A stretch of 64,000 nucleotides of DNA from Chiloscyllium plagiosum (taxonomy: Eukaryota): contig NC_057719.1 of assembly GCF_004010195.1 (NCBI RefSeq), positions 11,772,603 to 11,836,602 on the forward strand, read 5' to 3'. The stretch's first letter is position 1. Every line of letters starts with the position of its first letter. The position numbers and the translations under genes were made by a program. Positions 53,286-64,000 of this stretch are shown piece after piece. The notes below the pieces were generated by a model. It did no database searches and was not told the DNA's origin. It saw only the letters and a list, made by a program, of their open reading frames with translations.

Positions 53286-54589
53286 AGAGTGATGTGGACA
53301 CAGAGTGGAATGTTACTGTGAATGGTGCTGTAAGAGTAAGACCATGTTGGTGGTCATGTGGGGGTCCTGAACTTCACTGCAGCAATTGTGAAATGGCAGA
53401 GATAACATACTGAGTCTCCAGAATCCAGCACCCACTGAACTCCCTCTTCTTAATGTTGATTTGTTTATATCTTTGTTGATATATTGATACCAAAACTTGA
53501 TATCCTCTCTCTCTCTCTCCCACCTCTCTCTCCCTTCACTCCTCCCTCCCCCACACCCCACAAAATCCTGATGACTTGGTCATCATCTCATTGCTGTTTA
53601 TAAGGGACTGCAGGAGGCTGCATAGATTTGCTATCTCACTTCCTGCTTAACAGCAACAATTTATACACCACCTTTAATGTAGCAAAATGTCCAAAGGTTA
53701 GCAATCAAAACCTGACACCGTGCTGCATGAGACCGGTGGGACGTAGGATTCAAGGGGTATCAATGTAGAAGAGAGAATTAAAACTGTAGATGCTGAGAAA
53801 AGACCTGAGGCCTCATGAAAATTGGGGCTGCACAAGAGGCCAGAACTGGAGAAGGATAGAGATCATGGAGAGTCGCAGGGCTTCTGAAGTTACAAGCCTT
53901 CAACAGTAGCTGCTTAAGATTCTGAGAATGAGTAAGGTGCCGGAAGATGGTAAATTTATTCTTTCACTGCTTTCCTTCACCTGGGAGTGGGCAGACCAAG
54001 AGCATATTGTTGCTTGATGAACACATTACCGCTATAAGGGAGTACAATTGTATCATGGTATTGTCAGTGGCGACAGTATTTTGGATGTGGAATGAGTTTC
54101 AGGCAAAGAGCCCTTAAGACTGGGTCGCTTTGACAGCTGCTGCCCTGAAGATGGTGCCTTTTCCAGCAATGACTCGTACTTCATTTCGTCAACATGACCC
54201 TTCAACTTGGGCAGTTACAAACTGGGTCAGTGCTCTGACCTTATTTTTGGTAGGAAGTAAATCAGAAGATCAATTCGACTACATTCACTCATTAAGTTGT
54301 CAACTCTGGTTGATAGGTTTCATTGTGTGACTTGACCCACTCTCCTTAACTACCTCAGCTGGTTAAACAGTCTTCACCCACTGTGCCTTCCTGCTGCAGT
54401 TTGCCAATATTTTGTAACTTTTCTAACAAAACAAAATGTTCACAGCGCAACGAAAACTATTTGAATGAATCTTCAATCATTGCAAACTCCAGGGCAAAAC
54501 TGGAGGGTTGGCAACCCCACCAGCTCATCTTCCTGGGAGTTACAGAATGCCTTTGTATTTTCAATTTTGTTCATGGATTGCAGGAATTT

Positions 54590-54880
54590 CTGACTGAGCC
54601 AGTATTTATTGCCCAGATGGTAGTTCAGAGTTATCCACATTGCTCTGGTCTGGAGTCGTGTGTCGGCTAGACCAAGTGAAGATGACACATTCCTTTCCTA
54701 AAGAACATTAGTGGGTTTTAACCATCGACAAGAGGTCATTAGGCCAGCTTTCAATTTCAGACTTTTGTTGAATTCAAATTATCACCACCTGCCTTGGTGA
54801 GATTCAAACCCATGTCCCTAGAACAACGGCCTGGGGTTCTGAATTATTAGGCTAGTGATATTACCACAATATCACCCCCA
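54590..54880 (-). mobile_element. SINE family B
   Basis: Antisense head with B box (gagattcaaaccc) and body (ccacattgctctggtctggagtc). Confidence 0.7.
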
Positions 54881-55597
54881 TCACGACATTCCAGAAATTC
54901 ATAGTAATCCACATAGGCTCTTTCACAAGGGGCAATGAACTTCTCTGATACAAGGCCGGCCTCATTGGATTATGCAGCACAGAATGAGGCCTTTCAGCCC
55001 ATTATGCCTGTGAAAGCACTTTCCAATCAGTCCACTTGCTCATAACCCTGTGAGCTATTCTACTTAGAACCACTTCTCCAATTCCTTTTGGAAAGTTACT
55101 GTTGAAATTGCCATTTCAGGCAGCACACTCCATATCACAAGCTCTTGCCGGTTTAAAGAGACTTTTCTGCTCCCGGCTCTTTTGAATGAGCATTTATGAA
55201 GATAACCAATGGGCAGAACTGGTCTTAAACAGTCAACTTCACTGCATAGCCCAGTAACTAAACTTGCAAACTCCCCCGCACATGAAGGAAAATCCACCGA
55301 TGAATTAAGTTGAAATCATGGCTTTATTTAACAGGCCCTTATTCTCTGAAGTTTTGAAGATTGAGGGGTAATCCCACTGAAAGATATTAAATTTCTGAGA
55401 GGGTTTGATGATACGATAAATGTTAAGAGATTGTTTCCTCTGGCTGGACAATTTAGTCCTTAAGGATATACCTTGATCATTTAGGACTGAAATGAGGCTG
55501 TGAATCTTTGGAATTCTCTACCCCAGTGAGACACGGATTCTCCATCAAATGCAGAAGAAGCTAGAGAAGCTCAGCCAGTCTGGCAGCATCTGTGGAG

Positions 55598-56146
55598 GTA
55601 AAAACAATGACTGCAGACGCTGGAAACCAGATTCTGGATTAGTGGTGCTGGAAGAGCACAGCAGTTCAGGCAGCATCCAAGGAGCTTCGAAATCGACATT
55701 TCGGGCAAAAGCCCTTCATCAGGAATAAAGGCAGTGAGCCTGAAGCGTGGATAGATAAGCTAGAGGAGGGTGGGGGTGTGGAGAAAGTAGCGTAGAGTCC
55801 GTGTGGGATGAGTTGGTTACGGATGTGGCTGTGGTAGCGAGTTTGTTTCACGACATGGTTGAAGAGCTTCAGGGCAGAGGAAATGACCTGGGAGTTGCAG
55901 TGGGAGAGGGACTCCCTGAAATTCTTGTAGAGAGAGGAGGAAAACTTCTTCAAGGCAGGCATCCTTGCAAGAGGATTCGCAGTAGGGTTAAAATCAATGA
56001 GGTAAAAACAATGACTGCAGATGCTGGAAACCAGATTCTGAATTAGTGGTGCCTTTATTCCTGATGAAGGGCTTTTGCCCGAAACGTCGATTTCGAAGCT
56101 CCTTGGATGCTGCCTGAACTGCTGTGCTCTTCCAGCACCACTAATC
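55598..56146 (-). mobile_element. Internally deleted Penelope-like element with direct and inverted terminal repeats
   Basis: Direct repeats begin at 55598 and ~56002 (gtaaaaacaatgactgcaga.gctggaaaccagattctg); inverted copy at 56051-56146; ORF start MPALKKFSSSLYKNF. TSD CAGCATCTG(T/A)GGAG at 55584-55597 and 56147-56160. Confidence 0.85.
56058..56092 (+). ncRNA. Minimal type I hammerhead ribozyme motif (PLE-associated)
   Basis: TC-CTGATGA-A-GGGC-TTTT-GCCC-GAAA-CGTC-GA; palindromic ACGT helix III; GUC cleavage triplet. Confidence 0.75.
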
Positions 56147-56754
56147 CAGCATCTGAGGAGAGATACGATATGACTTTCCTTCAGGAATATTATTCATGGA
56201 TTGTCCATCATTTGAATTTCTGCAAGTCAGGAGATTGACAGTTTTGTGCTGTTAAAGGGAGTCAGGAAGTGTCGAGTTAGGACGTGAAAATAACATTGAG
56301 GCAGAAGGTAGCCTTACTGAATATGGATCATGGACTGGATGACCTGATGCGGTTCCTATTTTATTCTCATGGCTAAGACCTCGTCTCAAGAGGCACACTC
56401 CGGCCTCGTGGGACAACAAGTATGCTGGGAGATCAAGCCACTCCCTGGAAAATTCCCATGAATTGATGTCAGTGCCCTGTATTTGGTCCATTCTTCAGGA
56501 TTTGTCTCTGTAGTTGGTCGCTGTGAAGGAATGTTAATGCTATACTCATCTGCTGAGAATCGTACCACAGGAAACCGCAAAAAATATAAAAAGCAAGGAA
56601 AAGAAGACATACATTAGACTGAGACAGAGAGAGAACAAAAACATTTATTCTGTGGGTTGGGAAGTTTCCCTTCACTGAATTTATCTTGGCAATGCTGTCA
56701 TTCTGACAGTTTACAAAGTCTGTGCCTTCTCTTTTGTCTCCAAAGATAGTCCTC

Positions 56755-56860
56755 AGTTTTCTGAAGAAGGATCACTGGACCTAAAATATTAACTCTGACT
56801 TCTCTCCACAGATGTTGCCAGTCCTGAGTTTTTCCAGCAATTTTTGCTTTTGTTTCTGAT
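56755..56860 (+). mobile_element. Degenerate Penelope-like terminal repeat
   Basis: ttCTGAAGAaggatcactggacctaaaatattaact...ctccacagatgttgccag. Confidence 0.6.
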
Positions 56861-57849
56861 TATATCTTTGCTGCTTTGGTTCCATTTCCCTTAATATCCT
56901 CGTTCAAGAAGAATCAACCAATATTAGTTATTCAATTAATCCATACTTCCTTGAGTTCTAAATTTACATTGTCCTTTGTGTTGAATGCATTCTGACATCC
57001 CCCACCCCCAAACAGCCTTGCTGGAATTCTAAAATTATGCCATTTCGTATTCTCATCTGCCCACCAGAACCAATCACTTACTTTTTCCTATCTATCCTAT
57101 CAGATTATTTAAATCTCAAGCACTTTGTGATGGAGGATCACAACATATTGTCATTTGGAAACCTGGGCTGTAATGTGGACAGAACATATAGGTTCTTAAA
57201 GTTTTATTTATATTTCTATGTTGGGTGTCAAAAATGGGAGACATTGTTTCAGTACAATTTTTTTGAGTCCTCCGAGAGTGTTGAGAGTTTTCTGACATGT
57301 TGTTTGCGTATATTTAAATGAGGTTTTTAAAATAAAAGCCCCTGAGATGAATAGTTCAGTGTTTCAGAAAAGTAGAGTAAATGTAAGTAAAAGAAAAGGC
57401 AGTTTCTTAAATACTAGCCAGATGTATGCAATCTTTCACCATATTTGAACCCTTTCATCTTCTGTTTGATGTCTATTTCCATGCTTTACAAGGCAATTTG
57501 AGGTATTTCTGCATTCAAAAACCTCTAAGTTCAGTGGTAGTACAGAATTTAAGTAGTTCTGAAAAGAGAGACATGTTTCTGAAGCTTTTCATCTTGCACC
57601 CATCATAACAAAAACAAGAATGCCAAATTCCAACTAATCACAACAGCTTGTTTGAAATTTGGCATTCCTGCATTTGTCCTAATGAGTGCATGACAAAAAG
57701 CTTTGACAAAATTTCTCTTTTCAGCAATTGTCTGTAAATTGTTTTTAAAGAAAATAGATACTTTTTTTGTATTAAGGATCTACCTTTCTATTTTAAAGGC
57801 TGATAGATTTCAACTTAAATTTAACAATGTTTAGTTCAGGCTTTAAGAT

Positions 57850-58890
57850 CATAAGACATAAGAGACATAGGCCAATCAGCTCATCGAGAATACTCTACCG
57901 TTCAATGAGATACTGACTGATCAGATAATCTTTCACTTTCTTGCATTTTCCCCATAACTTTTGATTCCTTTACTGAATAAAAATGTCTATCTCAGCCTTG
58001 AATATATTGGCCCAGCCTCAACATCCCTTCATGGTAAAGAATTCTTCAAATTCACAACCCTGAGAGAAGAAATGCCTCCTCATCTCTGACCTAATTCCTT
58101 ATGCTGAGATGATGCTCTCTGGTCCGAGACTGTCCCACAAGGGGAAACAAACTTTCTGTATCTATCCTTTCAAGTCCTCTTAGAATTCTGTATGTTTCAA
58201 AAAGGTCGCCTCTCATTCTTATACATTTCTAAAAGTACAGGTGTGAACTCCTCAACCTCTCCTCATCAGACAGCCTCTCCATAGCTGGTATCAGTCGAGT
58301 GAACCTTCTGTGGGCTGCTTCCAATGCCAGTACATCTTTCATTAGTTAAAGAGCCCAAAACTGTTCACAGTATTCCAGTTGTGGTCTGACTTGTATAGTG
58401 CCTTGTGTAGTTTTTGCTAGGCTTCCTTATTTTTAACTTCCATTCCCTTTGAAATAAAGGCCAATATTCCATTTGCCTTCTTTATTACCTACTGAACTTG
58501 AATACTAGCTTTTTGTGATTTACGTACGAGGACTCCCACAGTCCTCTGTTCAGTAGCTTTCTCCATTTAAATAAAATTCAGCTCCCCTGTTCTTATTGCC
58601 AAAGTGCATAAATTCACATTCGCCCAAATTATATTCCATCTGCCAAGTTTTCCACCACTTGCTGAATCTGTCCGTATTTCTCTTTGGACTCTTTGTGTCA
58701 TCTTCACCACTTGCTTCCCCACCTATTTTGGTGTGTCATCCACAAACTTGGCTATAATATGTTCACATTCCTCATCCAAGTCATTAATATACATTGTAAA
58801 TAATTATAGCCCCAGTATTGTTCCCTGTGGCACTCCGTTAGTTACAGATTACAATCCATAAAAAAAACCTCTTATCCCAACTTTTGTTTT
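57850..58890 (-). mobile_element. CR1 fragment (RT through 3' end)
   Basis: Antisense GVPQGTILG and QLEYCEQFWA; tail cataagacataaga. Confidence 0.85.
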
Positions 58891-59314
58891 TTAATACCCT
58901 AAAACCCAACATTTGCAAATACATTCCAAATAGCACAAATAGCGCTCAAACTCCCAGTAACCTTGCATTTGTTTGAATCCACAAAATAACAAAGTTTAAC
59001 AGCAGAATTGCGCAGAAGACATTGTTGTCATTATAAAATGGTTTCCAACTGGGGGCAATACCTCAGCCCCTTAGCATTTAATAAATACAGTCCTTCCATT
59101 CACTAGATACTAACGTATCTTGTGAGGTCCATGGGTTCATTATTTCATAGTGGGTCCCACAAATTGAAATTTGTTTGGCAGATTTAAAAGCCTTCATCGA
59201 GAAAGCAGATAGCATGCCTCTGTCATTCCAGATTAAAGTGATTTTTCTGGGATATCAGGTTGAAATGTGGAAAGATATAAAGCACATAACATTACCACAA
59301 CATTATATGTCTGT

Positions 59315-61170
59315 TCATAGAGTCATAGAGATGTACAGCATGGAAACAGACCCTTCAGCCCAACTCGTCCACGCTGACCAGTTATCCCAACCCAATCTAG
59401 TCCCACCTGCCAGCACTCAGCCCATATCCCTCCAAAACCTTCCTATTCATCTACCCATCCAAATGCCTCTTAAATGTTGCAATTGTACCAGCCTTCACCA
59501 TTTTCTCTGGCAGCTCATTCCATACACGTACCACCCTCTGTGTGAAAAAGTTGCCCCTTGGGTCTCTTTTATATCTTCCCCCTCTCACTCTAAACCTATG
59601 ACCTTTAGTTCTGGACTCTATGACCCCAGGGAAAAGACTTTGCCACTTACTCTATCCATGCCCCTCATTTCCCAAAATGCAGCACCTCACATTTATCTGA
59701 ATTAAACTCCATCTGCCACTTCTCAGCCCATTGGCCCATCTGATCAAGATCCCATTGTAATCTGAGGTAACCTTCTTCGCTGTCCACCACACCTTCATCT
59801 GCAAACTTTCTAACCATACCTCTTATGCTCACATTCAAATTATTTATATAAATGACAAAAAGTAGAGGACCCAGCACTGATCCTTGTGGCACTCCACTGG
59901 TCACAGGCTCCAGTCTGAAAAACAACCCTCCACCACCACCCTCTGCCTTTGAGCCAGTTCTGTATCCAAATGGCTAGTTCTCCCTGTATTTCATGAGATC
60001 TAACCTTGCTAACCAGTCTCCCATGGGGAACCCTGTTGAACGCCTTACTGAAGTCCATTTGGATTACATCTACCGGTCTGCCCTCATCAATTCTCTTTGT
60101 TACTTCTTCAAAAAACTCAATCAAGTTTGTGAGACATGATTTCCCAAGCATAAAGCCATGTTGACTATCCATAATCAGTCCTTGCCTTTCCAAATACATG
60201 TACATCCTGTCCCTCAGGATTCACTCCAACAACTTGTCCACCACCGACGTCTGGCTCAGTGGTCTAATAAGGCTTGTCCTTACTATCCTTCTTAAAGTGT
60301 GGCACCACACCAACCTCTTGTCTTCCAGCATCACCTGTGACTATTGATGATACAAATATCTCAGCAAGAGGCCCAGCAATCACTTCTCTAGCTTTCCACA
60401 GAGTTCTAGGGTACACCTGATCAGGTCATGGGGAGTTATCCACCTTCATACGTTTCAAGAAATCAGCACTTCCTCCTCTGTAAATGGACATTTTTCAAGG
60501 TGTCGCTATCTTTCTCCGTACATTCTATATCTTCCATATCATTTTCCACAGTAAATACTGATGCCAAATACTCATTTAGTATCTTCCCCATTTTCTGCAG
60601 CTCCACACAAAGGCCGCCTTGCTGATCTTTGAGGGGCTCTATTCTCTCCCTATTACCCTTTTGTCCTTAATGTATTTGTAAAACCCTTTGGATTCTCCTT
60701 AATTCTATTTGCCAAAGCTGTCTCATGTCCCTTTTTTGCCCTCCTGATTTCCCTCTTAAGTGTACTCCTATTGCCTTTATACTCTTCTAAGGAATCACTC
60801 AATCTATCCTGTCTATACCTGACATATGCTTCTTTCTTTTTCTTAACCAAACGCTCAATTTCTTTAGCCATCCAGCATTCCCTATACCTACCAGCCTTCC
60901 CTTTCACCCTGACAGGAATACACTTTCTCTGGATTCTTGTTATCTAATTTCTGAAGGCTTCCCATTTTCCAGCTGTCCCTTTACTTACGAACATCTGCCC
61001 CCAAGCAGCTTTTGAAAGTTCTTTCCTAAACCCGTCAAAATTGGCCTTTCTCCAATTAGAACTTCAAATGTTACATTTGATCTGTCCTTTCCATCACAAT
61101 TTTAAATCTAATAGAATTATGGCCGCTGGCTCCAAAGTGCTCCCCAACTTGACTCGGTCACCTGCCCTGT
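59315..61170 (-). mobile_element. CR1 LINE, 5'-truncated, with an internal deletion near 59665
   Basis: ORFs SGVPQGSVLGPLLFVIYIN, QHGFMLGKSCLTNLIEFFE and KGKAGRYRECWM; tail catagagtcatagag. Confidence 0.92.
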
Positions 61171-61490
61171 TCAATCCAACAGAATTAATTAACAGAACAG
61201 ACACATAATAAATTGTACTCTATTTCAAAGGAAGAGTGTAATTTAGTTCAGGATAAGCACAGTCCACTACTGCTAGGTGAATAAGTCAGCTTTGCAAGGC
61301 CAGGCCCTGAACAGGCTCTTGGCTCTGGACAGAGATTGTTTCAAACAATAGCACAGCAATAGTTAACATCTTCTACAGATTGAGGGAGTCGAACATAAAC
61401 CAACAAAGCATTTCTTTCACTCTACAAACATGCCTGAGGCAACTATTACTGTTACATCCTGTGACTGAATCTTGCTGCTTTGTTCCAAAG

Positions 61491-61733
61491 GTCAAAAGCC
61501 AATCAATGCCGAGGTCGACTCAGAGGCCCGAGGAAAACAACAAGCTGGAGAGTTGGAAGCAGAACAGCCAGCAACACCACAAGCAGCGGTGGTCACCTCA
61601 ACAGACGCAGGGCACTCAGGCACAGCCAAACTTTGGGTCCAACTTGGAGGAAGTGGATCCTTTCGTCCTGGACCTGAAGAATTTCCCTGACCTGACAAAT
61701 GCAGATCTTAATGCTCAGAACCCAAATATTCAG
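61491..61733 (+). CDS. ISM2: Isthmin, second coding exon (243 nt, phase 0-0)
   Basis: ttccaaAG acceptor, CAG|GTGAG donor. Ends PFVLDLKNFPDLTNADLNAQNPNIQ, the conserved isthmin motif. ISM2 rather than ISM1 is inferred from its position downstream of SPTLC2. Confidence 0.88.
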
Positions 61734-62548
61734 GTGAGAGAAACAATTAATGACTTGTAAACAATAGCGGAGCTTGGGGAAAAGAGAAGTCCCCTTCCTT
61801 TTACAATTTGAGAGCAACTAACATGCAACCTTCTTCATCCATTCAAATCTCTTGAGGGAATGATCTACACAATCTCTTATTCCCATACATTATTGAATAC
61901 ATTTCTGGAAATTCAGCCAACCCAACCACATATTCATCCAACTACTTGAATCGGTACAACATCACCTGTTTTTGTTGGGCATCATCTTGTTCCATGTTTG
62001 TTCTACTTGTGACTAAAATGATTTCAAGACTCCCAGACCCATTGTTCAATGAAGATCAAATGATTTGATGTAATTCATTGCTGCAGCATTAACCTGCAGA
62101 TGATTGAATACTGGAGTCTGCCTGATTCAATCTCTTTTGCATTGGACTGATACCAAATAATTTGATCAAAGGAGAATTTGTCCTACTTCTTTGCATGATC
62201 AATACTTCTATCGTCTTCTTCACCTTCCTTTTTTTTCCATCATCTTCTTTTCTCCAGCCTTGAAGATTTAATCACCAGTCCAACTGGATTGTGTCAAGCA
62301 CCACATGGCCAAATTGTCCTTTTCTAAAAACATCTACATTTTGAGTTCTTTCTCAGGAACAATGTCCAACTTCTTTTCTCTATCATTGTTTCATTAACAC
62401 TCTCTCCTCTCACTTTCATCATCGAATGAAAAGAGTCTACAAATGACAATGCTAGAGAGACCATGTGTTCAATTGACTCTGCTTCTCCCTCTTTTTCACC
62501 AGATTCTTGGGAAGGGTGCTGGTGTAGTAATAATGTCACTACAATAGT

Positions 62549-62634
62549 TAAATATCACACAACACCAGGTTATAGTCCAACAGGTTTAATTGGAAGCACT
62601 AGCTTTCGGAGCGCTGCTCCTTCATCAGGTGGTC
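62549..62634 (-). mobile_element. 86 bp mini Penelope terminal-repeat insertion
   Basis: Perfect 14 bp TSD GTCACTACAATAGT at 62535-62548 and 62635-62648. Confidence 0.88.
62597..62631 (-). ncRNA. Minimal type I hammerhead ribozyme motif
   Basis: Minus strand CAC-CTGATGA-A-GGAGC-AGC-GCTCC-GAAA-GC-TA-GTG: helix I CAC/GTG, 5 bp helix II, palindromic AGCT helix III, CUA triplet. Confidence 0.8.
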
Positions 62635-63363
62635 GTCACTACAATAGTAATCCAAAGCCAATGATCTCGGGACATGGGTTTGAAATCCACTGTGGCAGAT
62701 GGTGAAATTTGAATTCAATGACACAAGATCCAGAATTTTAAAAAGACCTGTAAGCACTATAAAAACCCTCTGGTTCACTAATGTTCATTAAGTCAGGAAT
62801 CTGCCATCCTAACCTGGTCTGGCCTACAGCAAGTCCAGACCCTAAGACTATAAGACGATAGGAACATGGGACTGGGATATCATAGCAATTACAGAAATGT
62901 GGCTCAGGGATGGGCAGGACTGGCAGCTTAATTTTCCAGGATACAAATGCTACAGGAAGGATAGAAAGAGAGGCAAGAGAGGAGGGTAATGGCACTTTTG
63001 ATAAGGGATAGCGTTACAGCTGTGCTGAGAGAGGATATGGAAATAAATCCAGGGAAGTTATTTGGGTGGAACCGAGAAATTGGAAAGGGATGATCACCTT
63101 ATTGGGATTGCATTATAGACTCCCTAATGGTCAGAGGGAAATTGAGAAACAACCTTGTAAGGAGATCTCAGCTATCTGTAAGAATAATAGGGTGGTTATG
63201 GTAGGGGATTTTAACTTTCCAAACATAGACTGGGACTGCCACAGTGTTAAGGGTTTAGATGGAAAGGAATTTGTTAAGTGTGTACATGAAAATTTTTCTG
63301 TTTCAGTATGTGGATGTACCCACTACAGAAGGTGCAAAACTTGATCTACTCTTGGGAAATAAG

Positions 63364-63454
63364 ATTCTGGATCAGTGGTGCTGGAAGAGCACAGCAATTC
63401 AGGCAGCATCCGAGGACAGGCAAAATCGACGTTTCGGGCAAAAGCCCTTCATCA
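63364..63454 (-). mobile_element. Mini Penelope terminal repeat with intact hammerhead core
   Basis: Minus strand CTGATGA-A-GGGC-TTTT-GCCC-GAAA-CGTC. TSD GGGAAATAAG at 63354-63363 and 63455-63464. Confidence 0.87.
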
Positions 63455-63746
63455 GGGAAATAAGGCAGGGCAAGTGACTGAGGTGTCAGTGGGGGAGCAC
63501 TTTGGGGCCAGCAACCATAATTCTATTATATTTAAAATAGTGATGGAAAAGGATAGACCAGATCTAAAAGCTGAAGTTCTAAATTGGAGAAAGGCCAATT
63601 TTGACAGTATTAGGCAAGAACTTTCGAAAGCTGATTGGAGGCAGATGTTTGCAAGTAAAGGGACGGCAGGAAAATGGGAAGCCTTCAGAAATGGGATAAT
63701 GAGAATTCAAAGAAAGTATATTCCTGTTAGGGTGAAAGGAAAGGCT

Positions 63747-63925
63747 TGATTCTGGATTAGTGGTGCTGTAAAAGCACAGCAGTTATACACAGCAGCATCC
63801 TGATGAAGGGCTTTTGCCCGAAATGTCGATTTTACTGCTCCTCGGGTGCTGTCTGAACTGCTGTGCTTTTACAGCACCACTAATCCAGAATCTGGTTTCC
63901 AGCATCTGCAGTCATTGTTTTTATC
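63747..63925 (+). mobile_element. Mini Penelope terminal repeat with inverted 5' arm and hammerhead motif
   Basis: TSD TGAAAGGAAAGGCT at 63733-63746 and 63926-63939; perfect 37 bp inverted repeat at 63748-63784 and 63856-63892; hammerhead at 63797-63830. Confidence 0.88.
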
Positions 63926-64000
63926 TGAAAGGAAAGGCTGGTAGGTATAGGGAATGCTGGATGACTAAAGAAATTGAGGATTTGGTTAAGAAAAAGAAAA

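Larger units (their letters stand above)
62513..62845 (+). mobile_element. SINE family B interrupted by a mini-PLE
   Basis: A-box-like ggtgtagtaa, B-box-like gggtttgaaatcc, body ctggttcactaatg..aatctgccatcctaacctggtctggcctaca. Confidence 0.7.
62860..64000 (+). mobile_element. CR1 ORF2 endonuclease region (runs off the window), carrying two mini-PLE insertions
   Basis: WDIIAITEMWL, VVMVGDFNFPNIDW, LDLLLGN and EHFGASNHN motifs. Confidence 0.92.

Noticed and set aside
50826..53413. Cys/Val-rich and Leu/Ser-rich ORFs (50826-51239, 52787-53413)
   Set aside because: Products of TG-rich and CT-rich low-complexity tracts with few stop codons.
61380..61490. N-terminal extension of the ORF covering ISM2 exon 2
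   Set aside because: Non-ATG start upstream of a good acceptor at 61489-61490; intronic read-through.
55598..63925. Recurrent palindromic repeats as a CRISPR-like array
   Set aside because: Dispersed, in both orientations, with TSDs and no regular spacers; eukaryotic PLE repeats.

Overview
Vertebrate genomic DNA, almost certainly from a cartilaginous fish (shark), judging by HE1/V-SINE, DeuSINE, CR1 and Penelope repeats. Two host genes lie on the + strand. The first is the last three coding exons of serine palmitoyltransferase long-chain base subunit 2 (SPTLC2: 6256-6391, 11939-12068, 16312-16431), with a probable ~6.8 kb repeat-poor 3' UTR ending near AATAAA at 23248. The second is the first two coding exons of an isthmin gene (ISM2 by synteny: 50307-50447, 61491-61733). 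The rest is intronic or intergenic and dominated by retroelements: many CR1 LINE fragments, Rex1/Babar and L2 remnants, several SINE families, a probable solo LTR, and Penelope-like elements (PLEs). Main observations: (i) short PLE-derived inserts carrying minimal hammerhead ribozyme motifs, several with intact cores and 10-14 bp target-site duplications (TSDs); (ii) a LINE whose 5' end is a tRNA-like SINE head, with a bipartite SINE apparently built from its two ends; (iii) a four-level nested insertion at 37.3-44.2 kb; (iv) inverted CR1 copies bracketing ISM2 exon 2; (v) three clustered miR-18 seed matches in the putative SPTLC2 3' UTR. Family names come from recalled sequence features, not database searches, and repeat boundaries are approximate unless a TSD is quoted.
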